A stretch of 63,444 bases of DNA from the IMG/VR virus record IMGVR_UViG_3300044846_000637, positions 1 to 63,444 of that record. One strand, 5' to 3'. Shown piece after piece: positions 8,844 to 18,248 of this stretch. The DNA is from a virus. Lineage: Duplodnaviria > Caudoviricetes. The first letter of the stretch is position 1. Every line of letters begins with the position of its first letter. The notes beneath the pieces were generated by a model. The model did no database searches, was not told where the DNA came from, and saw only the letters and a list, made by a program, of their open reading frames with translations. Both the position numbers and the translations under genes were made by a program.

Positions 8844-10724
8844 ATGAGCCTACTTACCATCGATTTTGAAACTTACTACACAAGTAAGGGCCTTGGCTTT
8901 CGGACTCAGACCACCGAAGAATACGTGCGTGACAAGCGTTTCGAGGTGATCGGGGCGTCAGTCCAAGTGGACTCAGGAGAACCAGTTTGGTTTTCAGGGG
9001 ACCGTGAATCGATGCGTAAGTGGCTTCTGCAATTCGACTGGCGCAACTCCATGATGCTGGCGCACAACACGCTGTTCGATGGCTGTATCTTGTATTGGCA
9101 TTTCGGTATCACACCGAAAATCTATCTCGATACGCTGGGCATGGCTAGGGCACTGCATGGGGTTGACGCTGGTGGTTCACTGGCGGCGCTCGCTGAGCGC
9201 TACAAGATAGGTACTAAGGGGAACGAGGTTGTTGCCGCTATCGACAAACGCCGTAAGGACTTCATCCCCGAAGACCTAGCGCAGTACGGAGAGTACTGCA
9301 AGAACGATGTGACGCTGACCTACAAGCTGTTCAACATCATGGCTGAAGGCTTTCCTATGGACGAGTACCGCCTGATCGATATGACGATACGCATGTTCAC
9401 TCACCCCATGCTGTACGTGGACGAGGAGAAGCTGAACAACCGCCTTGAAGACATGCGCAAAGAAAAGTCTGAGCTATTGTCATCGCTCATGAGCCAGCTC
9501 AAATGCGAGACTGAAGAAGAGGTCCGCAAGAACTTGTCCAGCAATAAGAAGTTCGCTGAGATTCTCGAGAACTACGGCATCAAGGTTCCGATGAAGATGA
9601 GCGAGAAACAAAAGAAGGAAGTCCCTGCACTCGCCAAAAAGGACGAGGGGTTCATCGCCCTGTGCGAGAGCGAGGACGAGGTCATCCAGCACCTGTGCGC
9701 CGTGCGCCTTGGCACGAAGTCAACCCTTGAAGCCGGGCGCATTCAGAGGTTCATAGACATTGGCAAGCGCAACAAGGGACTCATTCCTGTCCCCCTGAAA
9801 TACTACGGGGCGCACACGGGTCGCTGGTCTGGCATGGACAAGATCAACTTCCAGAATCTGCCAAGCCGTGACCCCAAGAAGAAGGCGCTCAAGAAGGCCA
9901 TCGTGCCGCCAGAAGGTTACAAGGTAATCAACGCTGACTCATCGCAGATCGAAGCGCGTATGGTTGCGTGGCTGGCTGGCCAAGACGATGTGGTGCAACA
10001 GTTTGCACGGGGCGAGGATGTGTACTCGCTGTTTGCATCTGCGGTCTATGGACGCACGATCACAAAGAAAGATTCTGAACAACGGTTCGTTGGTAAGACC
10101 TGTATCCTCGGACTGGGTTACGGCACTGGTGCGCTGAAGTTACAGCACACGCTGTCCACATCTCAACCCATCAGCGTAAAGATTGATGAGGAAGAAGCCA
10201 AGCGTATCGTTGGTGTGTACCGCGACAAGAACGACATGATCATCGAGCTGTGGGGCGAAGCAGATGCAATGCTCAACGACATGCTCAACGGTTCGTTTAA
10301 GAACGGTCCCAAACAGTTCGGCAGACACAAGTGTGTCTTCTACGACAAGGACGGCATCATTCTCCCAAACAACATGCGTATTCGGTACAAGAACTTACGC
10401 AAGGAGTGGGACGAAGAGAAGCAGAAGTCCAGCATTGTGTATGACTCTCGTAGAGGAACCATATCTATCTGGGGCGGGGCTGTCGTTGAGAACGTGGTTC
10501 AAGCCCTTGCACGTATCGTCGTGGGCGTTCAGATGCTCGAGATCAACAACCATCATCGAGTAGTGCTGACGGTACATGACGCCGCTGTGTGCGTAGTGCC
10601 TGACTATGAGGTGGACAGCGCAGTGGAGGCCATAACCAAGATCATGCACATCGCCCCTGAGTGGGCGACAGGACTGCCCGTTGCATGTGAGGCTAATGCT
10701 GGCGACACTTACGGTGATTGCTGA
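8844..10724 (+). CDS. polA: Family A DNA polymerase with 3'-5' exonuclease
   Basis: ExoI DFETY, ExoII HNTLFD, ExoIII YCKND; HTGRWS; motif A DSSQIEAR, motif B KTCILGLGYG, motif C VHD. Confidence 0.95.
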   Translation: MSLLTIDFETYYTSKGLGFRTQTTEEYVRDKRFEVIGASVQVDSGEPVWFSGDRESMRKWLLQFDWRNSMMLAHNTLFDGCILYWHFGITPKIYLDTLGMARALHGVDAGGSLAALAERYKIGTKGNEVVAAIDKRRKDFIPEDLAQYGEYCKNDVTLTYKLFNIMAEGFPMDEYRLIDMTIRMFTHPMLYVDEEKLNNRLEDMRKEKSELLSSLMSQLKCETEEEVRKNLSSNKKFAEILENYGIKVPMKMSEKQKKEVPALAKKDEGFIALCESEDEVIQHLCAVRLGTKSTLEAGRIQRFIDIGKRNKGLIPVPLKYYGAHTGRWSGMDKINFQNLPSRDPKKKALKKAIVPPEGYKVINADSSQIEARMVAWLAGQDDVVQQFARGEDVYSLFASAVYGRTITKKDSEQRFVGKTCILGLGYGTGALKLQHTLSTSQPISVKIDEEEAKRIVGVYRDKNDMIIELWGEADAMLNDMLNGSFKNGPKQFGRHKCVFYDKDGIILPNNMRIRYKNLRKEWDEEKQKSSIVYDSRRGTISIWGGAVVENVVQALARIVVGVQMLEINNHHRVVLTVHDAAVCVVPDYEVDSAVEAITKIMHIAPEWATGLPVACEANAGDTYGDC

Positions 10725-10765
10725 TACCATTTCAGCTCTAAACAACTCACCAGTAAGGATTCAGT

Positions 10766-11431
10766 ATGTCACCCCAAGAAATCAAGTGGTCTTATTCAGG
10801 TCTGAAAGACTACAGCAACTGCCCAAAGCAATACCAACAAGTAAAGGTATTGAAGAAGTTCTCCAAGCGACCCACTCAGCAGATGCTGTACGGCACTGAG
10901 GTCCACACAGCTCTTGAGAACTACGTTAAAGACGGCACACCCCTCGCCAAGAACTACGAGCGGTACAAAAAACAACTCGACCCGTTGCGTGACATGCAGG
11001 GTGTTAAGTACCCCGAGCATCGTATGGCGATCACGCACAGTAAGGAACCATGCACCTTTGGGGCTAAGGACTATTGGGCGCGAGGCATTGCTGACTTATT
11101 GGTAGTGGACGGCGATCAGGCTTTTATTGTTGATTACAAGACAGGTAGCAACAAGTACCCAGACCCCAAGCAGCTTCAGTTGATGGCGCTCATGGCGTTC
11201 GCGCATTTCCCAGAAGTTAAGCACATCAAAGCTGGTCTGTTGTTTGTCGCGCACGAGCACTTTGTTACCTCGGAGTACACCCGTGAAAAGATCGACGAGT
11301 ACTGGCAAGATTTCTATTGGGAACTTGAAAGAATGCGGCTTTCCTACGAAAATGATAGCTGGCAAGCGAACCCCACCCCACTGTGCGGGTGGTGTCCAGT
11401 ACACACATGCGAACACCATAAGGAGCGATGA
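10766..11431 (+). CDS. Cas4-like PD-(D/E)xK exonuclease
   Basis: WSYS..CP, GTEVH, GIADL, VDYKTG, QLQLM, C-terminal CxxCxxxxC cluster. Confidence 0.88.
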   Translation: MSPQEIKWSYSGLKDYSNCPKQYQQVKVLKKFSKRPTQQMLYGTEVHTALENYVKDGTPLAKNYERYKKQLDPLRDMQGVKYPEHRMAITHSKEPCTFGAKDYWARGIADLLVVDGDQAFIVDYKTGSNKYPDPKQLQLMALMAFAHFPEVKHIKAGLLFVAHEHFVTSEYTREKIDEYWQDFYWELERMRLSYENDSWQANPTPLCGWCPVHTCEHHKER

Positions 11432-11745
11432 TGCCCTACGTAACTAAACCAAGGCCGTACAAGAAAGAGTACGAGCAACAGAAAGAGCGCGGCGAACACG
11501 GCAACCGTATGGAGCGCCAACGCGCCCGTCGAGGTATCGACAAGACAGGTGCTGACAGCAACGGTAACGGCAAGGCCGACAAGCGCGAAGGCAAGGACGT
11601 TGCGCACGTTAAGGCGATGGACAAGGGCGGCAAGAACAAGGACGGTGTGCGCATCGAATCTGCTTCCCGTAATCGTTCATTCAGCCGTGACTCTAAGGGA
11701 AACCTCGTATCAGAAACCAGCAAAAAAGAGAGAAAAAGAACTTGA
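11428..11745 (+). CDS. Small basic protein with degenerate HNH-like motif
   Basis: DVAHVKAMDKGG.N...NRS pattern. Confidence 0.6.
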   Translation: MMPYVTKPRPYKKEYEQQKERGEHGNRMERQRARRGIDKTGADSNGNGKADKREGKDVAHVKAMDKGGKNKDGVRIESASRNRSFSRDSKGNLVSETSKKERKRT

Positions 11746-11769
11746 CAAATGCTTGAGCACCCATAAAAT
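11742..11769 (+). promoter_or_regulatory. Sigma70-like promoter for the helicase operon
   Basis: TTGACA-N16-TAAAAT. Confidence 0.7.
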
Positions 11770-11770
11770 A

Positions 11771-11924
11771 ATCTGACAGTCAGGTGTGAGTGTGTCAGAT
11801 GGCCACGCAGTTGCTTTCAAGCCTTTAACCGCATCAGTCACTCGGCTACTTCTCCTTCCGTTTGTTGCGTCAGGAGTGACGGACACCTCGGAAAGACGAG
11901 GACCCCATTCAGTAAAGAGGTAGT
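11771..11924 (+). ncRNA. Candidate structured 5' leader of the SNF2 helicase gene
   Basis: Stems 11771-78/11793-800, 11837-43/11874-80 and 11886-90/11897-901. Loop CTACTTCT (11846-53) can pair with SD AGAGGTAG (11916-23). Confidence 0.45.
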
Positions 11925-13490
11925 ATGGAAATAGTTGATAACACAGCGTTGCGCTTTCTCTGTTCGCATGAGATAGCAGACCAGATCGATAAGTACATTG
12001 CTAAAAGCGAGTACCTCGGGCAACGCGAACAGCACCACGAGATGCTTGTTTTCTGGGGCATGAACGAAGTGCAAAAACTTGCACAACTCCTCCCAAACGG
12101 GAACTCTGTGCCTTCACCAATCGAGCGCGATTACGGGTGGCCCGGTATGTTCAAGCCGTTTGATCATCAGAAAGATACTGCGCGTTTTCTCACGCTGCAC
12201 CAACGCGCCTTCTGCTTTAACGAGGCTGGTACAGGTAAGACTTCAGCAGCTATTTGGGCAGCGGATTACCTAATGAATCAGGGTATGGTGAAACGTGTGT
12301 TGGTCATCTGCCCTCTGTCCATCATGCAGAGCGCATGGCAAGCAGACCTGTTCAAAACAGCGATGCACAGAACGTGTGCCGTGGCCCATGGCGCAAGACG
12401 CCGCAGAGTAATCGAGGGCGCGTACGACTTTGTGATCATCAACTATGACGGTGTGAACGCAGAGCGCGAAGCAATCAACGCAAGTAAGTTTGACCTCATC
12501 ATCGTGGACGAAGCCAACGCATACAAGAACCCTACGACTGTACGCTGGAAGACCCTGTCCAAGATCATCAAGAGCGACACGTATCTGTGGATGATGACAG
12601 GCACACCCGCATCGCAGTCACCAGAGGATGCCTTTGGCCTCGCGCGGCTGGTCAACCCCAGTGCAGTACCCAAGTTTAAGACGGCGTGGAAAGACGCTGT
12701 CATGCGTCAGGTAAGCGCTTTCAAGTGGGCACCGAAACCCAACGCGCAAGAGCTTGTGTTCAAAGCGCTTCAGCCAGCTATACGTTACGAGAAAGCGCAG
12801 TGCCTTGATCTGCCTGATGTGATGTATCAGACACGCGAAGTGCCTCTGTCTCCACAGGTCACCTCTTACTACAAAGAGTTGGTCAAGCAGATGCAGGTGA
12901 AAGCAGCGGGGGAGACTATCAGCACAGTCAATGCGGCGGCGGCCCTTACGAAGCTGTTGCAGTTGTCTGGCGGCGCGGTGTACACCGATACGGGTAACGT
13001 GGTTGAGTTCGACATCTCACCACGACTGAACGTACTGCAAGAAGTCATAGACGAAGCCTCCCACAAGGTCATCGTTTTTGTACCGTACAAGCACACCATT
13101 CAGATAGTCCAAGAACACCTGACTAAGAAGGGTGTAACTACTGAGATTATTTCTGGTGACGTAACAGCCAACGCTCGCGCGCAAATCTTCAAAAGCTTTC
13201 AGACAACCGACACGCCCCGTGTGTTGTTGGTGCAACCCCAATCGGCCTCACACGGCGTGACACTTACAGCAGCAGACACAATTGTTTTCTGGTCACCCGT
13301 GATGTCAGTAGAGACGTATTTGCAGTGCGTTGCACGTATTGATCGCGTGGGGCAGAAAAACAAAATGACAGTGATACACCTTCAGGGGTCCGAGGTGGAG
13401 CGGCGCATGTACAAGATGCTTCAGGGCAAAGTTGATATGCACGAAAAATTGGTGGACCTTTACAAAGCGGAAATAGGAGAAAGCATATGA
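11925..13490 (+). CDS. SNF2-family (SF2) helicase
   Basis: NEAGTGKT, IIVDEANAYK, MTGTP, HGVTLT, QCVARIDRVGQ. Confidence 0.93.
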   Translation: MEIVDNTALRFLCSHEIADQIDKYIAKSEYLGQREQHHEMLVFWGMNEVQKLAQLLPNGNSVPSPIERDYGWPGMFKPFDHQKDTARFLTLHQRAFCFNEAGTGKTSAAIWAADYLMNQGMVKRVLVICPLSIMQSAWQADLFKTAMHRTCAVAHGARRRRVIEGAYDFVIINYDGVNAEREAINASKFDLIIVDEANAYKNPTTVRWKTLSKIIKSDTYLWMMTGTPASQSPEDAFGLARLVNPSAVPKFKTAWKDAVMRQVSAFKWAPKPNAQELVFKALQPAIRYEKAQCLDLPDVMYQTREVPLSPQVTSYYKELVKQMQVKAAGETISTVNAAAALTKLLQLSGGAVYTDTGNVVEFDISPRLNVLQEVIDEASHKVIVFVPYKHTIQIVQEHLTKKGVTTEIISGDVTANARAQIFKSFQTTDTPRVLLVQPQSASHGVTLTAADTIVFWSPVMSVETYLQCVARIDRVGQKNKMTVIHLQGSEVERRMYKMLQGKVDMHEKLVDLYKAEIGESI

Positions 13491-13906
13491 TCATCAACAA
13501 CACGGAAGAACTGGTATCAGATTACCTAGAGATTCGCAGACTACGCGAGTCACTCAAGGCCAATTATGATTCTCAAGACGAAGAGCTTAAAAACGCGATG
13601 GACTCAATTAAAGAAGCGCTTTTAGCCATCTGTAACGAGAACAACCAGAGTGGATTCAAGACAACAAGCGGCACTGTCACGCGACAGGTCAAGGAAAGAT
13701 ATTTTTGCACTGACTGGGACAACTTCAGAAAGTTCGTTGAGAGCGAAGGCTCCATTGATCTTCTTGAGCGCCGTATCCATCAGCGCAACTTCAAAGAATT
13801 TATGAACGAGAGATCAGGCGATGGCTTGCCTCCCGGCGTAAATGCCCTGCGTGAATTTGACATAGTCGTGCGCAAGGCTTCTTCAACCAGTGAAACTTCA
13901 GTTTAA
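13487..13906 (+). CDS. Hypothetical replication-module protein (coiled coil)
   Basis: Coiled-coil N-terminus, DWDNF...LLERRI...PPGV; lies between helicase and SSB-like gene. Confidence 0.75.
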   Translation: MIINNTEELVSDYLEIRRLRESLKANYDSQDEELKNAMDSIKEALLAICNENNQSGFKTTSGTVTRQVKERYFCTDWDNFRKFVESEGSIDLLERRIHQRNFKEFMNERSGDGLPPGVNALREFDIVVRKASSTSETSV

Positions 13907-13919
13907 GGACAGACTCATC

Positions 13920-14786
13920 ATGAGCAACGAACTCGCAACCATTTTTCAGAACTCCGGCGTAGCACTCCCACAAGGTCTTGACGAAGACACCCTTGCAGTT
14001 GCTGGCAATGCGACCCAAGGAACTAAGCGTATCTCCATCGAGGGCCGTGTGTTCCGCAAGATCGTAGGCGGCAAAGAGCAAAGCGTTAACACCGACACAT
14101 CGATGAACGTCATCATTGTGAAGATGGCACACGAAGCCTCCCGCACGTTCTACGGACAGACCTACAAGAAGGGCGTTAAGCTGGCCCCTGCTTGCTGGTC
14201 TAATGACTCCAAGACCCCCGATCCCGAGGTCGCACAGCCCTGCGCTTCTACATGCGCTGATTGCCCGAACTCTGTTAAAGGTTCTGGCCAAGGCGGTCAG
14301 GGAACTGCTTGCCGTTTGTCTTGGCGTTTGGCAGTGGTACTGCCGAATGACCCAGAGGGCGATGTGTATCAGTTGGTTCTTCCCGCAACAAGTGCGTTTG
14401 GTAAAGAAGAGTCCGGTCGCTGGCCTTTCCGTCCGTACGTTCAGATGCTTGCCAACAACAACGTGTCTGCTGGGCGTGTGATTACCAAGATGCAGTTTGA
14501 CATCAACTACCCTGTACCGCGCTTGCTGTTCTCCCCCACAGCCGCAGTACCTGATGAGTTGTATGAAGTAATCAAACGTCAGGGCAAAACTAAGCCAGCC
14601 GAGAGCGCAGTCAAGCTGACTGTGTATAAAGCAGACAAGGCCGAAGAGGAAGCTGAAGCTCCCGCACAACCTGCGGACGCAGACGGAGTGGTCGAAGCGC
14701 CAATCAAGCGCGAGAGCACCCGCAAGGCGGCTCCTGAGTCTGCCGACGATGTGAGCGACATCGTGAAAAAGTGGGCCAAGAAGTAA
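13920..14786 (+). CDS. Putative ssDNA-binding / annealing protein
   Basis: Cys cluster (CWS...CADCP...CR), acidic flexible tail ending in Trp-containing helix, position before the primase. Function inferred. Confidence 0.55.
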   Translation: MSNELATIFQNSGVALPQGLDEDTLAVAGNATQGTKRISIEGRVFRKIVGGKEQSVNTDTSMNVIIVKMAHEASRTFYGQTYKKGVKLAPACWSNDSKTPDPEVAQPCASTCADCPNSVKGSGQGGQGTACRLSWRLAVVLPNDPEGDVYQLVLPATSAFGKEESGRWPFRPYVQMLANNNVSAGRVITKMQFDINYPVPRLLFSPTAAVPDELYEVIKRQGKTKPAESAVKLTVYKADKAEEEAEAPAQPADADGVVEAPIKRESTRKAAPESADDVSDIVKKWAKK

Positions 14787-15116
14787 ATGCCACGGAAGTT
14801 CAGCCCTCAACTGCTGGATAGCATAGAGAATGCCGAGGACAGCCTTGGTATTTCTCTTGCCCGTACCTGCCTCAAGGCAGGGCTTCCCGCATCTTACGCC
14901 GCCCCTATGCTGAAAGTTTCACGCATGACGTTGCACACTTGGTTTCGTGGCGGTGTTATCCGGAAATCTAGGACAGGGCAACTTGAACAGTTCATCAGTT
15001 TTTTAAAGGACGAAATTCATTCGGGGGTGCTACCTAAGCCGACCCTGAAGCAAACGCTGGAGTACGCTGAAGACTTTGCTGGTCGGGCTATTCAAGCGAA
15101 TAAAAGCGCGGCCTAA
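14787..15116 (+). CDS. HTH DNA-binding protein (Cro/XRE-like)
   Basis: ASYAAPMLKVSRMTLHTWFRG. Confidence 0.7.
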   Translation: MPRKFSPQLLDSIENAEDSLGISLARTCLKAGLPASYAAPMLKVSRMTLHTWFRGGVIRKSRTGQLEQFISFLKDEIHSGVLPKPTLKQTLEYAEDFAGRAIQANKSAA

Positions 15117-15133
15117 ACAGCCGTTGTCGTAAC

Positions 15134-15156
15134 AGCGGGGCTGGTCCCCGCTTAAT
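15134..15156 (+). terminator. Hairpin (weak terminator or attenuator) before the primase
   Basis: AGCGGGG-CTGGT-CCCCGCT followed by TAATT. Confidence 0.4.
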
Positions 15157-15169
15157 TGTCTCTGCGATT

Positions 15170-18046
15170 ATGAACCAACAATTTTTCGAGAAAGTATTAC
15201 CTACGCAGGGCAACATTTGTGTGGTGGGTATCAAAGAAGGGGCTGTACGTCCTAAGTTCTTTGGTTACATCGACGAGGCCATCGAGCAGATGGAAGCGTT
15301 TGATAGAGATGACTACAACACATTTTTTGCGCTTGGGACATTTGAAGGCTATCAACGTAAGGCGAACGCCTGTCTCTACCTGAAGTCATTCTTCATTGAC
15401 CTCGACTGTGGTGAAGGCAAGCCCTATGCCACATGGGAAGACGGTCTAACAGCGCTTCACACCTTCCTGACACGAACTTCTTTGCCTCAGCCGATCATGG
15501 TGAACTCAGGCCGTGGCATCCATGCCTACTGGCCGTTCACTGAAGACGTTGAAGTTGATGCGTGGAAACCGTACGCCGAGAAGTTTAAGCAGTTCTGCCT
15601 AGACAACGAGCTGTATATAGACGAGGTTGTAACAGCAGATGCCGCACGGATTCTGCGGTGCCCCGATACACGTAACCTGAAAGGTGCGCCGCTACCTGTC
15701 GAAGTAATTCAGGACGCTGAACCCAATCCGTTCGGCTTGTACGAAGAACTTCTTGGCACAGTTGAAAAGCCGTTCGACCTTACTCAAGTCGAAAAGGGGC
15801 TAGACGACGAGACCAAAGCGCTGTTCGACAAGATGAACGGCAATTATGAATATGTATTTGACAAGCTGGCTGTCGCCAGCCTAGAAGGGATTGGTTGTGA
15901 ACAGATTAGACAAATCATCGTCAACGCCGCTAGTTGTCCAGAGCCGCTGTGGTACGCTGGAATATCTGTCGCCGCTCGGTGTATTGATGGCGCTTCAGCC
16001 ATACATAAATTATCCGAAGACCACCCCGGTTACACCGAAGAAGCAACAGAACGAAAAGCCGCACAGTCCCTTAAAGAAGCCACATGGTCCCACAGTTGCG
16101 ATGCCTTTGAGCGAGAGAACTCAGCAGGATGCAGTGGATGCCCACACCGAGGACGATTCGGAAAAGCAGGGCCTATTATGCTTGCCCGGAGTCTCAAGCT
16201 TGCTGAACTCGATGCAACAATCCCCGCTGAATCAGAACCTGAATTCGAGACCGAGACCCAAGGCGAAGCGGAACCAGTACGGGCCAACGAGGATACCAAA
16301 GATGTTTTAGTCTTTCCCGACTTCATCGCGCCCTACTTCCGACCGATCAACGGTGGTGTGTACTTTCAACCCCCACCAAGGATCACCAAGGACGGGAAGA
16401 AGATTCCCAATGATCCTGAGATGCTTGTGCCGAACGATCTGTACCCCACACAGCGCTTGTACAGCCCCCATGATGGCGAGTGCTTGATCATGCGCCTTGT
16501 GCTCCCGCATGACGCAACCAGAGAATTTCTTTTGCCTTTGAAAGACGTAACAACTCCAGACAAGCTCAAAGCAATTCTTGCATCAAACAGCGTTACGTTT
16601 GAACCAGCTCACGCCCCAAGACTGGCCAGCTACTTAATGAAGTGGGCCAGCTATCTAATCCAAACAAAGAGAGCAGACATCATGCGTATACAGCAGGGGT
16701 GGACAGAAGACCACAAGTCATTTGTACTCGGGACAAGTGAGATTTTTGCGAATGAGATAAGGCACTGCCCACCATCCCCGATGGCCAAGAACATTGTGCG
16801 CTACATCAAACAGGTAGGTACGTTTGAGCAGTGGCTCAAATCAGCGCGTTTGTTCAATGACCCCGGCTATGAGTTCCATGCGTTCGCTATGCTCTGCGGG
16901 TTTGCCACGCCATTGATGGAGTTCACCAACGTCAACGGTATCGTGCTATCGCTTTACGGCGAGTCTGGCACAGGCAAGACAGGCGCGTTGTACGGCGCTA
17001 TGAGTATCTGGGGAAACCCTGAAAGCCTGACAGTCAACGACGCAACTCCCAACGCGCTGACTCAGCGCATGATCACCTCAAAGAATATTACGTTCGGTCT
17101 TGATGAGCAGACCAACCTTGACGGCAAGGTAGCGTCTGATGTGGTCTACAAAACATCTGCGGGTCGCCCCAAGATTCGGTTGATGTCTTCAGCCAACCAA
17201 GAGCGGGAGTCTGAGTTCATCACGCGCCTGATCACCATCATCACATCAAACAACAGCCTTATCGACATCATCTCTACGTACAAGTCAAACACCACGGCAG
17301 AGGAAATGCGTATCCTTGAGCCGACCATAACCAAGCCAAATGTGCCGGGGTATGAGCTGACGCTTGAGCGCGGTATCGAGATGTTTGAGCAGCTCAAGAA
17401 CAACTACGGCCATGCAGGTACGCCCTACATCCAAGAGGTGCTTAGGATCGGGCCAGAGGAACTATTGCGCCGCATCAAGATCGCGCACATGCACGTATCT
17501 GACAAGTACACCAACAGCGGTGAGTATCGCTTCCTGTCCAACCTGATCGTTGGCGTCATGCTTGCTGAGCGCATTTTGCGCGACATGGACATGCTTCACT
17601 TCAACATGGACCGAATCATGGAAGTGGTAGGCAAGGAATTTAACCGCATCATCGCTGGTAAGAAACGGGCCGATGCTGATGACAGGGGTGACGTGTTGGG
17701 TGACTTTATCAACAAGAACATTCAGAATATGTTGGTGGTCCACGACCATAAGGTTAAGGTCACACCGCGCGGCCCCCTGTACATCAGGGCTGAGGTGGAC
17801 AGCAGTCACATCTACATCTCTACGTCTGCGCTCAAGCAGTATCTGCATGAGATCAAGTTGGGTATCAAGGACTTCGAGAAGCGCCTATCTGACTCAGGTG
17901 TACTGCTCGGCAAGATTCGCAAGCAGATGGCCTCGGGGTGGAACGATGCAGTGGGTAGCACCAATGTACAGGCGTACATGATTCAATCAGACATCTCTCA
18001 CTTGTTCCCTAAAGAGATCATTGCAGATGAGCAAAAAGCCAATTGA
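15170..18046 (+). CDS. Primase-helicase (AEP/RepB-like primase + DUF927 + P-loop)
   Basis: FFIDLD and SGRGIHAYW primase motifs, CSGCPH, QQGW..FVLG DUF927-like region, Walker A GESGTGKT. Confidence 0.88.
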   Translation: MNQQFFEKVLPTQGNICVVGIKEGAVRPKFFGYIDEAIEQMEAFDRDDYNTFFALGTFEGYQRKANACLYLKSFFIDLDCGEGKPYATWEDGLTALHTFLTRTSLPQPIMVNSGRGIHAYWPFTEDVEVDAWKPYAEKFKQFCLDNELYIDEVVTADAARILRCPDTRNLKGAPLPVEVIQDAEPNPFGLYEELLGTVEKPFDLTQVEKGLDDETKALFDKMNGNYEYVFDKLAVASLEGIGCEQIRQIIVNAASCPEPLWYAGISVAARCIDGASAIHKLSEDHPGYTEEATERKAAQSLKEATWSHSCDAFERENSAGCSGCPHRGRFGKAGPIMLARSLKLAELDATIPAESEPEFETETQGEAEPVRANEDTKDVLVFPDFIAPYFRPINGGVYFQPPPRITKDGKKIPNDPEMLVPNDLYPTQRLYSPHDGECLIMRLVLPHDATREFLLPLKDVTTPDKLKAILASNSVTFEPAHAPRLASYLMKWASYLIQTKRADIMRIQQGWTEDHKSFVLGTSEIFANEIRHCPPSPMAKNIVRYIKQVGTFEQWLKSARLFNDPGYEFHAFAMLCGFATPLMEFTNVNGIVLSLYGESGTGKTGALYGAMSIWGNPESLTVNDATPNALTQRMITSKNITFGLDEQTNLDGKVASDVVYKTSAGRPKIRLMSSANQERESEFITRLITIITSNNSLIDIISTYKSNTTAEEMRILEPTITKPNVPGYELTLERGIEMFEQLKNNYGHAGTPYIQEVLRIGPEELLRRIKIAHMHVSDKYTNSGEYRFLSNLIVGVMLAERILRDMDMLHFNMDRIMEVVGKEFNRIIAGKKRADADDRGDVLGDFINKNIQNMLVVHDHKVKVTPRGPLYIRAEVDSSHIYISTSALKQYLHEIKLGIKDFEKRLSDSGVLLGKIRKQMASGWNDAVGSTNVQAYMIQSDISHLFPKEIIADEQKAN

Positions 18047-18248
18047 ACCCGCGCCAGTAGACGAGCCTGAGTGGGTGTTCCCCTACGAATTTATGAACGT
18101 AGGGGACAGTTTCTTTATACCCACAATGCGCCCGTCCCATATGGTCTACATCATCGACGTAACCTCAAAGAAAGTTAAAGTCAAGATGAAGGCGTACCCT
18201 AGCCACAAAGACAATGTTCTTGGGGTTAGGGCGTGGCGTATCAGTTAG
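18027..18248 (+). CDS. Small conserved DNA-binding-like protein
   Basis: FPYEFMNVGDSFFIP...GVRAWRI pattern. Confidence 0.7.
   Translation: MSKKPIEPAPVDEPEWVFPYEFMNVGDSFFIPTMRPSHMVYIIDVTSKKVKVKMKAYPSHKDNVLGVRAWRIS

Noticed and set aside
13800-14810. 336-aa minus-strand ORF
   Set aside because: Antisense shadow of the SSB-like gene.
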